Of a DNA stretch of 64,000 nt, positions 28,436-39,194 are shown piece by piece. A program made the translations under genes and the position numbers. Under the pieces are notes generated by a model, which saw only the letters and a list, made by a program, of their open reading frames with translations, searched no databases and had not been told where the DNA came from. Origin of the DNA: Candidatus Latescibacterota bacterium (GTDB lineage Bacteria > Latescibacterota > UBA2968 > UBA8231); contig OZ242005.1 in assembly GCA_965204725.1 (NCBI GenBank), forward strand, positions 512,001 to 576,000. Direction: 5' to 3'. Each line of letters starts with the position of its first letter. The stretch's first letter is position 1.

Positions 28436-29211
28436 TGCTGCCCGAATACCCGGCCGCCTTTTGGGTCTGCGCGGTGGGGGCGGTGCTCTTGATGGGGGTG
28501 GCCAAGGCCGGCTTTGGCGGCGGCATCGGCATTTTGGCTACCCCGCTTTTGGCGCTGATGGTTTCGGTGGCAGATGCGGCTGCGCTCTTGTTGCCGCTGT
28601 TGATCGCCTGCGATGTATTCGCCGTCCGGCACTACCGCCACACCTTCGACAAAACGAGCGTCCAACGGCTCCTGCCCGGTTCCGCTTTGGGAATCGGCGT
28701 CGGGGCCTTTTTTTTTGGCTACTTTAGCCAGCACGAGCGCGTTCTAGAGGTGGGCTTGGGCTGCTTGGCCTTGCTGTTTGTCGCGTTCCAGTTCGGGCGG
28801 GCGGCGGTTGTCGGGATCGTGCAAAAGCAGCGTCCGGGGCCGCTCGCCGGTGTGCTGATGGGCGCGGTCTCCGGCTTTACCTCGACGATTGCCCACGCCG
28901 GCGCGCCGCCGGTGGTCATTTACTTGCTGCCCCAGCAGTTACCGCGCCACTTCTTCGTCGGCACCACGGTCGTTTTCTTCGCCGCGCTCAACGTGCTCAA
29001 GCTGCCGCCCTATTGGGGCTTGGGGCTTTTCCACGCCGACATTTTTAAGACGACTTTGCTGCTCGCGCCGCTGGCGTACGTCGGGGTGAAGTTGGGGGTG
29101 TTTTTGAATCAGCGATTTAGCGATGTGTGGTTCAACCGAGTGGTGTATGGAATGTTGTTGGCGACGGCGGTGCAGTTGATTACTGGCAGGGGGATGGGTA
29201 GTGGGGGATAG
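28435..29211 (+). CDS. TauE/SafE (TSUP) family transporter
   Basis: KAGFGGG, GFTSTIAHAGAPP, NVLKLPPY. Confidence 0.85.
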   Translation: MLPEYPAAFWVCAVGAVLLMGVAKAGFGGGIGILATPLLALMVSVADAAALLLPLLIACDVFAVRHYRHTFDKTSVQRLLPGSALGIGVGAFFFGYFSQHERVLEVGLGCLALLFVAFQFGRAAVVGIVQKQRPGPLAGVLMGAVSGFTSTIAHAGAPPVVIYLLPQQLPRHFFVGTTVVFFAALNVLKLPPYWGLGLFHADIFKTTLLLAPLAYVGVKLGVFLNQRFSDVWFNRVVYGMLLATAVQLITGRGMGSGG

Positions 29212-29340
29212 GGTCTGTTTGTCCCTAGCGCGGCGGTGCATCAGTAGCCTCCCTCTGCTCGACGCCGTTTGCGGGACTAGATTTGCCTTGTTATGATCAA
29301 CACAATGAATTTACAGAAACAATGAAAAGGAGATGGCCCC

Positions 29341-29583
29341 GTGATTAAGTCAACTTTAACCGATAAATGGCAAACCACCATCCCGGCCGAAGTCCGCAGA
29401 GCACTCCACCTCAAGCCGCGGCAGCGGCTCATCTATGAGTTGGTTGACGGCGCCGTTTTGGTAAAGCCCCAGCCCGAAACGCTCAAGGATCTGTATGGCT
29501 GTCTTGCAGACGACAAACCATCTGCGTCCAAATCCGAGGAACGAGCGGCAGTGCGCCAAGTAAGAGCGGCACGATACGAATGA
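29341..29583 (+). CDS. vapB: AbrB/MazE-type antitoxin
   Basis: STLTDKWQTTIPAEVRRAL; ATGA overlap with the PIN gene. Confidence 0.8.
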   Translation: MIKSTLTDKWQTTIPAEVRRALHLKPRQRLIYELVDGAVLVKPQPETLKDLYGCLADDKPSASKSEERAAVRQVRAARYE

Positions 29584-29990
29584 CCAAATACCTCTTAGAC
29601 ACCAATGTCCTCCTCCGTTTTTTGCGCGGCGACGATGCTCAGCATTCCCCGGCCGCTCGGGCGCTGTTTTCGGACGCTTGCGATGGAAAATGCGTGCTGA
29701 TATTAACCGAAGTGGCCCTTGCCGAAGCGGTGTGGGTGCTTGATTCCTTCTACCAGACCGAGCGCGAACAGATTGCAGAATGGCTGCGTAAGGTCATCAT
29801 TAGTGCTGGAGTCCGCTGTGTGAAGCAAGATGAAATGCTCGATGCTTTGCTGCGCTTTGCTTCGACAAAATGCGACTTCTTGGACTGCTATCTGGCCGCC
29901 CTAGCTGCGGCATCCGGCGACCATATAGCGACATTTGATAGGGATTTTGACCGCTTTGACGACATCAAACGCTGGCAGTTCAAACGGTGA
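29580..29990 (+). CDS. vapC: PIN-domain toxin
   Basis: LLDTNVLLR, LAEAVWVL, DFLDCYL, TFDRDF. Confidence 0.88.
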   Translation: MTKYLLDTNVLLRFLRGDDAQHSPAARALFSDACDGKCVLILTEVALAEAVWVLDSFYQTEREQIAEWLRKVIISAGVRCVKQDEMLDALLRFASTKCDFLDCYLAALAAASGDHIATFDRDFDRFDDIKRWQFKR

Positions 29991-30188
29991 TCGCTGTGAA
30001 CGTACTGCCAAAAGAGACAATGCGGAGTTAAAGAAATCCGGCGATGTAGCTTGCCGGGGCCGAGGCCCGGGGGCGCGCTGGCTTTTTCTTAAGAATAAGG
30101 GTAGTAATGCTTGAGTAAGGGGAGTAGTAAGGGTATTTACCAACTGGGCGAATCTCGCCTGAGTTTGCAGGACTAAGTTCTCAGTATT

Positions 30189-31211
30189 ATGCTCAAGCCC
30201 ATGGCTACCCTATTCGTCACCGGCGGCGCCGGTTTCATTGGCTCCAATTTCATTCGCTACTGGCTAGCGACCTATCCCGACGACCGCATTGTCAACTACG
30301 ACCTACTCACCTACGCCGGCAATTTGGCCAGCCTCGCGGACGTGGAAGCGAGCTATGGCGACCGCTATACCTTTGTCCGCGGCGACATTCACAACGCCGA
30401 TTTGACCCGCCATCTCTTCGCGGTTCATCGCCCCGACTACGTGGTCAACTTTGCCGCGGAATCGCACAACAGCTTGGCCATTGTCAACCCCTCGGCCTTT
30501 TTCCAGACCAATGTCGTGGGGACGCAAAAGCTGTTGCAGGCTGCGGCCGACGCCCAAGTGCCGCGCTTCCACCACATTTCCACCTGCGAAGTGTACGGCG
30601 ACTTGGCCCTCGACGCGGGCGAGTCCTTTAGCGAGGAATCGCCGTACCGACCCCAAACCCCGTACAACGCGGCCAAGGCCGCCGCAGATCTGGCCGTGCG
30701 CGCTTATGGCCATACCTTTGGCCTGCCCGTGACGCTGTCGAATTGCGCCAACAACTTTGGCCCCTACCAATTCCCCGAAAAAGTCGTCCCCTTCTTTGTC
30801 GCCCGCCTGCTCACCGGCCAGAAGATGCCGCTGTACAAATCCAGCCAGAACCGCCGCGAGTGGCTCCACGTGGATGACCACTGCCGGGCCATCGACCTAG
30901 TGCTCAAAAAAGGCGAGCTGGGTCATACATACAACGTTGGCAGCGGCGTTGAAAAAGATGTCGAAACCATTGCCGACCTCATCCTCGACGCCTTGGGGAT
31001 GGACGCCGCGCACAAAACCTACGTCGATGATCGGCCCGGCCACGACCGCCGCTACCTACTCGACTCGACCAAAATCCGCACCCAGTTAGGTTGGGAACCC
31101 CAAGTCGATTTTGCCCGCGGCTTCCGCGATACGGTCCACTGGTACCGCGACCACGAAGCTTGGTGGCGTCCCTTGCTCAAGAAAATCCAAGTCCGCGAAG
31201 AGGGCTGGTAA
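30189..31211 (+). CDS. rfbB: dTDP-glucose 4,6-dehydratase
   Basis: GGAGFIGSNF, LTYAGN, NFAAESH, YNAAK, GPYQFPEK, DRPGHDRRY. Confidence 0.93.
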   Translation: MLKPMATLFVTGGAGFIGSNFIRYWLATYPDDRIVNYDLLTYAGNLASLADVEASYGDRYTFVRGDIHNADLTRHLFAVHRPDYVVNFAAESHNSLAIVNPSAFFQTNVVGTQKLLQAAADAQVPRFHHISTCEVYGDLALDAGESFSEESPYRPQTPYNAAKAAADLAVRAYGHTFGLPVTLSNCANNFGPYQFPEKVVPFFVARLLTGQKMPLYKSSQNRREWLHVDDHCRAIDLVLKKGELGHTYNVGSGVEKDVETIADLILDALGMDAAHKTYVDDRPGHDRRYLLDSTKIRTQLGWEPQVDFARGFRDTVHWYRDHEAWWRPLLKKIQVREEGW

Positions 31212-31227
31212 GACATGACGAGGCCGC

Positions 31228-33204
31228 ATGAGTACTGATTCCTTTGCAGCAATCGTCGGCGAGGCCGATGATGCGATCTACGAGGTCCGCACCCGCGCGC
31301 CCGGCCCCAGCGGCAAGCTGCCGCTGACCATAGAGCAAGTCGTAGAAGCGCCGAGCGGCCACATTTTTGGCTACAGCCAGAACGCGGGCATGGGCTGGAA
31401 CCCCGATGAATTGGGCCGGGGAGAATTCCTCATCGTCAGCACGCAGGGCGGCATCCGCGCCCCGGATGGCCGTCCGATCGCCTTGGGCTACCACACGGGC
31501 CACTGGGAAATCGGCCTGCTGATGGAGGCCGCGGCCGAGGAAATCCACCGCCGGGGCGGCATTCCTTTTGCCGCCTATTGCTCAGACCCGTGCGATGGTC
31601 GCTCGCAGGGGACGACGGGCATGTTCGATAGCCTGCCGTATCGCAACGACGCGGCCATGCTCCTGCGCCGCTTGATCCGCTCGTTGCCAACCCGCCGCGG
31701 CGTGATGGGCGTGGGGACCTGCGATAAGGGATTGCCCGCGGTTCTCATGGCCCTAGCCGGGACGCCCGACCTGCCGGTCATCGTCGTGCCGGGCGGGGTG
31801 ACGCTGCCGCCGGAGGAAGGCGAGGACGCGGGCACGATTCAGTCGGCGGGTTCGCGGCTGGCGCGGGGCGAGATGGATATTGACGATTTCCAGGTACTCG
31901 GCTGCCGGGCCTGCGCCACGCCGGGGGGCGGCTGTCAGTTTTTGGGGACTGCGGCCACGACCCAAGTCGTGGGCGAGGCGCTGGGGCTTTCGCTGCCGCA
32001 TTCGGCGCTGGCCCCTTCGGGCGAAGCGGTCTGGCGCGATATGGCCGTGCGCTCGGCGCGGGCGCTGATGGCACTGGAGGCCGCCGGCATTTGCTCGCAA
32101 GCGTTGGTCACCGATCAGGCACTGCACAATGCCATGGTGGTCCACGCGGCCTTTGGCGGTTCGACGAACTTGCTCTTGCACGTGCCGGCTATTGCCCACG
32201 CGGCCGGGCGGAAGCGGCCGGAGGTGGGGGATTGGGACCGGATTAACCGCGAGGTGCCGCGCTTGGTCGATGTGCTGCCCAACGGCCCCGAGTTCCACGT
32301 TACGGTGCGCGCCTTTTTGGCCGGTGGAGTGCCGGAGGTCATGTTGCACCTGCGCCGCTTGGGGCTTTTGGCGGAAGGGGTGATGACGGTTACCGGCCGG
32401 ACGCTGGGCGAAAACCTCGACTGGTGGGAGAGTGCGCCGCGCCGTCGCCGCTTCCGCGCCGCGCTGCAAACGCTAGACGGCGTGGACCCGGACGCCGTGA
32501 TTATGGACGCCGATCGCGCCCGCGCCAAGGGCCTGACCAGCACTATATGCTTCCCGGTGGGCAACATCTCGCCCGAGGGCGCGGTCGTCAAAAGCACGGC
32601 CATCGCCGCTTCGCTGCTGGACGCGCAAGGGGTCTATCGGCACACGGGGCCGGCCAAGGTTTTTACCACTGAACGCGACACCATTGCCGCGATCAAGGCC
32701 GGCAAAATTGACCCGGGCGACGTGTTGGTGATGATCAGCTGCGGGCCGCTGGGCACGGGTATGGAGGAAGTCGCGCAGGTTACGATCGCGCTCAAATACA
32801 CGGATATTGGCAAGCACGTGGCCCTGCTTACGGACGCACGCTTCTCGGGCTTTTCCTCCGGGCCTTGCATCGGGCACATCGGCCCGGAGGCCCTAGCCGG
32901 TGGGCCGATCGGCAAGCTGCGGGACGGCGACTTGATCGCCATTGAGATCGATTGCCACAACCTGCGTGGACGCATTGACTTGGTCGGCTGCGCGGGCGAG
33001 GAATTCGGCGCGGCCGAAGGCCAGCGCGTGCTCGCCGAGCGCACCGTGCGCCCAGACCTCGCGCCCGAAGCGGACCTGCCCGACGACACTCGGCTGTGGG
33101 CGGCGTTGCAAAACGTCGGCGGCGGCACTTGGGGCGGTTGCGTCTATGACGTGGAAGCGGTTGTCGCCACCCTCGAAGCTGGCCGCGAAGCACACAAGGA
33201 ATGA
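31228..33204 (+). CDS. YjhG/YagF-family D-xylonate dehydratase (IlvD/Edd superfamily)
   Basis: [46 protein letters not shown]. Confidence 0.9.
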   Translation: MSTDSFAAIVGEADDAIYEVRTRAPGPSGKLPLTIEQVVEAPSGHIFGYSQNAGMGWNPDELGRGEFLIVSTQGGIRAPDGRPIALGYHTGHWEIGLLMEAAAEEIHRRGGIPFAAYCSDPCDGRSQGTTGMFDSLPYRNDAAMLLRRLIRSLPTRRGVMGVGTCDKGLPAVLMALAGTPDLPVIVVPGGVTLPPEEGEDAGTIQSAGSRLARGEMDIDDFQVLGCRACATPGGGCQFLGTAATTQVVGEALGLSLPHSALAPSGEAVWRDMAVRSARALMALEAAGICSQALVTDQALHNAMVVHAAFGGSTNLLLHVPAIAHAAGRKRPEVGDWDRINREVPRLVDVLPNGPEFHVTVRAFLAGGVPEVMLHLRRLGLLAEGVMTVTGRTLGENLDWWESAPRRRRFRAALQTLDGVDPDAVIMDADRARAKGLTSTICFPVGNISPEGAVVKSTAIAASLLDAQGVYRHTGPAKVFTTERDTIAAIKAGKIDPGDVLVMISCGPLGTGMEEVAQVTIALKYTDIGKHVALLTDARFSGFSSGPCIGHIGPEALAGGPIGKLRDGDLIAIEIDCHNLRGRIDLVGCAGEEFGAAEGQRVLAERTVRPDLAPEADLPDDTRLWAALQNVGGGTWGGCVYDVEAVVATLEAGREAHKE

Positions 33205-33815
33205 GCGGCAAGCAGATCGTCGTCGGCATCACCGGAGCCAGTGGGGCGCTCTATGCCGGCCGCCTGCTGCGCGCCCTGCTGACCGGCGGACACCAAGTAC
33301 ACCTAGTCTTGTCCAAATACGGGCGCTACCTGCTCGTCGAAGAGCTGGGCTTCCGCCCCGACAAGGAGAGCTTGGGCGCATTTATAACGCGCTGCTATGG
33401 AGAGGAGACCCAAGCCGGCGCCCTGCGTGAGTACAACGCCGGCGATCTATCGGCCCCCATCGCCAGCGGTTCGGTGCCGGTGGATGGGATGGTGGTGGTG
33501 CCTTGTTCGGTCAAGACGCTGTCGAGCATTGCCCGGGGGGCGTCTGCGAGCCTGATCGAGCGCGCGGCCGATGTCAGCCTCAAGGAGCGGCGGCCGCTGG
33601 TGCTGGTGGTGCGCGAGACCCCGCTCAACCTGATTCAGTTGCGGAATATGACGGCCGCGGCCGAGGCGGGCGCCGTCATTCTGCCAGCCATGCCGGCCTT
33701 TTACCAAAAGCCGCAGACCTTGGACGATTTGGGCGATTTTATCGCCGGCCGCATCTGCAACATGCTGCGGATTGAACACCAGCTCTTCCCACCTTGGCCG
33801 GGACCGGCGCGATAA
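33201..33815 (+). CDS. ubiX: Flavin prenyltransferase UbiX
   Basis: [38 protein letters not shown]. Confidence 0.93.
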   Translation: MSGKQIVVGITGASGALYAGRLLRALLTGGHQVHLVLSKYGRYLLVEELGFRPDKESLGAFITRCYGEETQAGALREYNAGDLSAPIASGSVPVDGMVVVPCSVKTLSSIARGASASLIERAADVSLKERRPLVLVVRETPLNLIQLRNMTAAAEAGAVILPAMPAFYQKPQTLDDLGDFIAGRICNMLRIEHQLFPPWPGPAR

Positions 33816-33817
33816 CC

Positions 33818-35296
33818 CTACACCAGCCGCTCCAAGTGGGCGCGGAACAATGCACGCGGCAGCATGCCTTCGAGCCGGCGGCCTTGGTCGCGTGCGATGG
33901 CGCGGCAGGCCGTCCACGGCCCAAAGCGGCAGAAAACTTCGCCTTTGAGGCCCGTAGGCGGGTCGCAGTGGATGGGATGCCCCTTGAATAGGTCTTGTAG
34001 TTGGGGCCAGCTCAACTCGACGCTCGGCCCCTGCATGAGATGCCCCCACAGGGCGACGGTTTGCTGGGACAGGTAGTAGTACCCTTTGTGGTGGCGGGCC
34101 GCCCTCATACCGCTGCGGACGAAGTACGGCAGATGCTCTTGCAGGGCCGGGCCGAGGGCCGGTTGTCGGCACAAGTGGCGATTGCCGAGGGTGAATATCT
34201 GGTCCGAGGGGCAGGGCAGGGTGCCGCTCCACCGGCTCTCAATAGCGCGGCGGGCCGCGGCGGCCGCTAAATCGGTCGGCGCAGCGTCCCAAGCGGGGGC
34301 GTCAGCAGGGCTTGGCGTCGGGGCGCGTTTGGATAGGCAAGCGACAAAAGCGCCTTCGGTGTCGTGGCGATGGGGCCAGATGCGGACGCAGCGGGCGAAC
34401 TCGGGCGGGAACTGGGTGGACAGTGCGGCGGGCAAGGGCCGCTCCGCGACCGCGGGGATTGGGAGGATGGCGACCTCGTGGCCGTGGCGGCGCAAAACCC
34501 CCAAGAGCACCTCTTCGTTTTCCTCCAGCGATAGGGAGCAGGTCGAGTACACGAGCGTGCCGCCGGGGCGGAGCATTGCATAAGCGGCGCGCAGCAGCCC
34601 GATCTGTTGCTGCGCGTGGCGCTGGGCGTCTTGCGGCGACCAGTAGGCGAGCATGGTCTGGTCTTTGCGCACGATGCCGTCGCCCGAGCACGGAGCATCG
34701 ACGAGGACGCGGTCGAAAAAGTTGGGGAAGTACCGGGTCAGCAGGGTGCCTGGGGCTTGGGTTAAGACGTGATTGGCCACCCCACAGCGCTCCAAATTGC
34801 CCACGAGGGCGGGTACGCGCTTGCGCTGCATTTCGTTGACCAGCAGCAGGCCGCTGTTTTGCATGTGCGCGGCAATCTGGGTGGCCTTGCCGCCCGGGGC
34901 GGCGCACAGGTCGAGGACGCGCTCCCCAGGCTGGGGGGCCAAGACCTCAACGGCCAGCATGGGGGCCTTGGCTTGGACGTAATACGCCCCCATCGCGTGT
35001 TCAATGGTCTGGCCGAGGCGGGCGTCGCGCTCCGGTAAGGCAAAGCCGTCGCTGCACCACGGCACGCTTTGGCCGCGCTGGTGCAAGTGGGGCCGCAGGG
35101 GCCGCGCTTGGGCTTGGAGCGGGTTTAAGCGCAGCGAAGCGGGCGGGGGCGTCTGCGCGCATTGATAAAAGGCCGCCCGCTCTTTGTCGTTGGGCAACAG
35201 GCGGCCAATGTACTGGAGCAGGGCCTGTAATTTGTCCGGGTCGGGTGCTTTGCGCCCCGGTGGGGTTCTCTGTTTATTCATCGGGCTATTGCTCAA
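33818..35296 (-). CDS. RsmB/RsmF (NOL1/NOP2) RNA m5C methyltransferase
   Basis: VLDLCAAPGGK, DAPCSG, YSTCS, EENE, HDTEGAF. Confidence 0.88.
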   Translation of the reverse strand: MSNSPMNKQRTPPGRKAPDPDKLQALLQYIGRLLPNDKERAAFYQCAQTPPPASLRLNPLQAQARPLRPHLHQRGQSVPWCSDGFALPERDARLGQTIEHAMGAYYVQAKAPMLAVEVLAPQPGERVLDLCAAPGGKATQIAAHMQNSGLLLVNEMQRKRVPALVGNLERCGVANHVLTQAPGTLLTRYFPNFFDRVLVDAPCSGDGIVRKDQTMLAYWSPQDAQRHAQQQIGLLRAAYAMLRPGGTLVYSTCSLSLEENEEVLLGVLRRHGHEVAILPIPAVAERPLPAALSTQFPPEFARCVRIWPHRHDTEGAFVACLSKRAPTPSPADAPAWDAAPTDLAAAAARRAIESRWSGTLPCPSDQIFTLGNRHLCRQPALGPALQEHLPYFVRSGMRAARHHKGYYYLSQQTVALWGHLMQGPSVELSWPQLQDLFKGHPIHCDPPTGLKGEVFCRFGPWTACRAIARDQGRRLEGMLPRALFRAHLERLV

Positions 35297-35324
35297 ATAT
35301 AACCTATACTATACAGCAAGGGAT

Positions 35325-35999
35325 ATGGACGTCGCACACTGCTTCATCGTCAGCGATCTGCACCTCGGATCGGCTTACTTTTACCATCGCAACTTCTCGT
35401 CTTGGCTCGATGCCTTGCCCAAAGGGGTGCCGCTCGTGCTCAACGGCGACGTCATAGATGAGCCGGGCCAAGCCCTGCCCGACGCCCATCGAGCCGTGCT
35501 GGAGCGCCTCGTGAGCGAGTCGCAATCCCGGCCGGTAATCTGGGTGTACGGCAATCACGATGCCCAATTCAAGCTGGCCGATCCGGGGCAAATCCGCTTT
35601 GTCGATAGCTGGCGGCTCGACCGGCGGTTGCTCGTGGTTCACGGCCATCGGCTCGACCGCCTGATGCCCCGGCACCCGGTGTTTAAGTGGGCCTTCCGCC
35701 GCTTGCACTATTGCCGCATCCGGCTCGGCGGGCGCGATGCCCACGTGGCCGAGTACGCCAAGAAATGGCCTTTGCTCTACCGGATACTCAATAAGCACGT
35801 GGCCCGCAACGCCCTGCGCGTGGCGCGGCAGGAGGGCGTTGAAGCCATCGTCTGCGGGCACACGCATGCGGCCATGGCGATTGAACGGCAGGGCCGGTGC
35901 TACTTCAACACCGGTGCGTGGACTGAAAAGCCCTTCCACTTTCTCGAGGTGGCCCCGGACTGCATGGCCCTACACAGATATGAGGACAACTGTGGTTAA
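35325..35999 (+). CDS. Calcineurin-like metallophosphoesterase (LpxH-like)
   Basis: SDLHLG, GD, GNHD, HG, GHTH, NTGAW. Confidence 0.85.
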   Translation: MDVAHCFIVSDLHLGSAYFYHRNFSSWLDALPKGVPLVLNGDVIDEPGQALPDAHRAVLERLVSESQSRPVIWVYGNHDAQFKLADPGQIRFVDSWRLDRRLLVVHGHRLDRLMPRHPVFKWAFRRLHYCRIRLGGRDAHVAEYAKKWPLLYRILNKHVARNALRVARQEGVEAIVCGHTHAAMAIERQGRCYFNTGAWTEKPFHFLEVAPDCMALHRYEDNCG

Positions 36000-38187
36000 A
36001 TGGATGCTCTTACTCTTATTGGTGGCCCCGGGGCTGTCGGCTAGTGCCCAAGAAGTGCCCCTCATCTGGCCGCTGCGCCTCGCGCCCGCCTTGTCTTCCA
36101 CCTTTGGCGAATCGCGTTCCCGGGCCTTCCACGCCGGCATAGACCTCAAGACTTGGGGCGAAACCGGCCACCCCGTACAGGCCCTAGCCGACGGCTACAT
36201 CTGGCGAGTGCGGACCTCGCCGTGGGGCTATGGCCGGGCCTTGTACCAGAAATTGGCCGATGGCCGCACGGTGGTATATGCCCATCTAGAGCGCTTTGCC
36301 GCGCCCGTGGCCGAGCGCGTGGCGCAAGCGCAAAAGCAGCGCGGACGCTACAGCGTGGATTTGCATTTTGAGGCCGGGGAGATTCCAGTGCTCAGCGGCG
36401 CGGTTATCGCGTGGAGCGGCGAGAGCGGGGCCGGCCCGCCCCATTTGCACCTAGAGCTGCGCGACGCCGACAACGTGGCGCTCAATCTCCTCTTGCACGG
36501 GTTCGCCATCGCCGATACGATTGCGCCGACTTTGCAACGGGTGGCCATCACGCCGCATGGCCGCCAAGCCCAAGTTGAGGGAGGGCACGATCCCTATGTG
36601 CTGCGCCTGGGCTGGCAGCCGGACCGAGGGGAATTCGCGGGCGAGCGGACCGTGCAGGTGCGCTCCCCAGTGAGCATCAGCGCGTTGATGTACGATCGCG
36701 CGGACGCGGCCCCCAACGAGCTGGCCCCCTATCGCACGGCTCTGCACATAGACGGCGATCTGGTTTTTGCGGCGCGCTACGAGCGCGTCGGGTACGGCGA
36801 CATGCACCAGATCTATTTAGACCGGCCGCTGGCTGCTTTTAAGGGCGGGGTGAGTCGCTTTTACAATTTGTGCCGCCGGCCGGGCAATCGCCTCGAATTC
36901 TACGAGGGGCCGGGCGATGGAATGCTGAACTTGGCCAAGGGGCTACACGAAGCCGTCGTCGTCGTCGCGGATGTCAACGGCAACGAGAGCCGGGCGCGTT
37001 TTGGGTTGATGGTTGATGAACCGCCGGCCTTGGCCGGAGCGCAGATCGTGGCGGAAGCGGACGGAATTTTTATCGAGGCGCGGCTAACCGATGAGGACGA
37101 TCCGCTCGTGGAAGTAGAATTAGCCAGCTCGCGCGATGGCGAGACGTGGCGGCGCGTAGATCGGCGGCAGAGCCGCGCCGGCCCGCTCAAGTGGCGGATT
37201 CACCGCAACGCCTCCTACTGGCGGATTCGGGCGCGGGACCCGGCCGGCGTCGCCGCCTTTGCCGTGTGTCGCCTGCCCGACGACGAGGCGGCCGCGCCGA
37301 GCTTTTCCTTGGAACGCCGTCCCCACCCAGACTTCGTAGAACTCGTCATGCGCTACGCCCAAGTGCCTAGTGCTGCGCCCTTGATCCGCGCCGGCACCGC
37401 CAATATCAGCCCCCGCCAGACCGGCTTGCGCGAGTTCCGGGCCGTGGTGCCGCTCGATCCGCACGACCCGGCCGCCGGGCCGGTTTTGCTGCGTACGCCC
37501 GAGGCCGCCGTGCAAAAGGTCGCCCTCGATCGGCAGGTCGTGCAGCCGGGCACTGCGGCCGAGCTGACCTATGCCAACGGCCAAGTCGAATTGGGTTTTG
37601 CCGCGGCCAGCGCGTACGCGCCGTTTTTCCCCCAAGTTGTGGCCTTTGAGCCGCAAGTGCCCGCTGCTTTAATCGCAGCCGGATCGGCTTTTGCCTTGGG
37701 GCCTGAGGTCAGCTTCGACCACAAAGTCGAGCTGCGCTTGCGCTACAACCGAGGAGTGCTGGCGCCGGAGAAACTGGGCATCTACCGCGAGGTCGCCCCT
37801 GAAAAGTGGACGCTCGTCAGCGACGAATGGGACGCTAAGTCGCGGCAGGTTGTGGCGCGGGTGCGCCGCTTGGGCCGCTACGCGCTGTTGGCCGACCTTG
37901 AAGCACCTAAAATTGGCGGTTTGCAGCCCGCCGAGGGGGCGGTCGTTGGCCCGCGCCCGGAAATTCGCGGCGCGGTGCGCGACCTAGGCTCGGGCATTGG
38001 GCGGGAAGAAGATATTGAGTTCGAGCTCGACGGCCGCCCGCTGATCGCCGAATACGATCCAGAAGCCGGGCGCGTGTATGGGCATTTGGCGGAAAACTTG
38101 TCGCCGGGCGCGCACCGCTTGGTCCTGCGGGTGCGGGATATGAGCGGCAACCAAGCCGAGATTCGCTCGGAATTTACCGTGCGCTAG
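35980..38187 (+). CDS. M23 family metallopeptidase with C-terminal Ig-like domains
   Basis: Signal peptide; HAGID (HxxxD) and HLH motifs; YAHL. Confidence 0.85.
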   Translation: MRTTVVKWMLLLLLVAPGLSASAQEVPLIWPLRLAPALSSTFGESRSRAFHAGIDLKTWGETGHPVQALADGYIWRVRTSPWGYGRALYQKLADGRTVVYAHLERFAAPVAERVAQAQKQRGRYSVDLHFEAGEIPVLSGAVIAWSGESGAGPPHLHLELRDADNVALNLLLHGFAIADTIAPTLQRVAITPHGRQAQVEGGHDPYVLRLGWQPDRGEFAGERTVQVRSPVSISALMYDRADAAPNELAPYRTALHIDGDLVFAARYERVGYGDMHQIYLDRPLAAFKGGVSRFYNLCRRPGNRLEFYEGPGDGMLNLAKGLHEAVVVVADVNGNESRARFGLMVDEPPALAGAQIVAEADGIFIEARLTDEDDPLVEVELASSRDGETWRRVDRRQSRAGPLKWRIHRNASYWRIRARDPAGVAAFAVCRLPDDEAAAPSFSLERRPHPDFVELVMRYAQVPSAAPLIRAGTANISPRQTGLREFRAVVPLDPHDPAAGPVLLRTPEAAVQKVALDRQVVQPGTAAELTYANGQVELGFAAASAYAPFFPQVVAFEPQVPAALIAAGSAFALGPEVSFDHKVELRLRYNRGVLAPEKLGIYREVAPEKWTLVSDEWDAKSRQVVARVRRLGRYALLADLEAPKIGGLQPAEGAVVGPRPEIRGAVRDLGSGIGREEDIEFELDGRPLIAEYDPEAGRVYGHLAENLSPGAHRLVLRVRDMSGNQAEIRSEFTVR

Positions 38188-39194
38188 CGCAGCGGCACCG
38201 GGGCACCGGCTTGGCGCAGCGACGCTTGGGCAGCCTCCAAGACGCGCACGACGCGCAGCCCGTCGCGACCGTCGCTGCGAGGCACTTGGCCGGTGCGTAC
38301 GCACTCGGCGAAGTGCTGGCATTCGAGCTTGAGCGGCTCGGCCATTTGCAGCCGCGGAATGACGACATCGCCAAAGCGCAGCGCGATGGAATCGCCATAG
38401 GAGTCGTATTGGGGCCGCTCGGCCGATTTGTCGTAGATGCGCACCTTTTCCGTGCTCTCCACATCGTCAAACACCGCCATCTTGCGGCTGCCGACCACCG
38501 TGAGGCGACGGATGCGGTGCGGGTCGAGCCAAGAGAGTTGCATCTGCGCCATCTTGCCATCGGCAAAGTGCAAATTGGCAAAGACCACGTCTTCGATGTC
38601 GGATTGCAGATAGCACTCGCCGCGGGCACTGACGGCGTCTGGCTCTTGGCCGAGCAGGTACAGGATGACCGCTATGTCGTGGGGCGCCAAGCTCCACAGG
38701 GCGTTTTCGTCGCTGCGAACAATGCCCAAGTTGACGCGCTGGGAGTACAAATAGTACAAGTCGCCCAGCGCACCTTCCCTTATCAAACCATGCAGCATTT
38801 GCACGGCCGGGTGGTACTTTAGCAAGTGCCCGACCATCAGCACCCGATCCCGCTCGGCGGCTAATTCGACCAAGTGGGCCGCGGTGGTGGCGTTGAGGGT
38901 CATGGGCTTTTCGACGTACACGTGCTTGCCGTGCGCTAGGGCGCGGCGGGCCAATTCGTAGTGGTCGGCGGCCGGCACCGCCAATACCACGGCGTCGAGC
39001 GCGTCGTCGCCGAGCACCTCGTCGTACCGGGCGGTGACCGGGACTTCTGGGTACTGATGCTGGATGGCGCTGCGGATTTTTGAACTGGCGTCGCAGACTT
39101 GGCGCAGGTGTACGTCGGGCAACTCGCGAAAGACGCGCACTAGGTTTTTGCCCCAATACCCAGCGCCGACGCAGGCGATTTGGACGCGGCTCAT
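38184..39194 (-). CDS. Gfo/Idh/MocA oxidoreductase
   Basis: GAGYWGKN, EKP, MVGH, APHD, SWLDP. Confidence 0.9.
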   Translation of the reverse strand: MSRVQIACVGAGYWGKNLVRVFRELPDVHLRQVCDASSKIRSAIQHQYPEVPVTARYDEVLGDDALDAVVLAVPAADHYELARRALAHGKHVYVEKPMTLNATTAAHLVELAAERDRVLMVGHLLKYHPAVQMLHGLIREGALGDLYYLYSQRVNLGIVRSDENALWSLAPHDIAVILYLLGQEPDAVSARGECYLQSDIEDVVFANLHFADGKMAQMQLSWLDPHRIRRLTVVGSRKMAVFDDVESTEKVRIYDKSAERPQYDSYGDSIALRFGDVVIPRLQMAEPLKLECQHFAECVRTGQVPRSDGRDGLRVVRVLEAAQASLRQAGAPVPLR

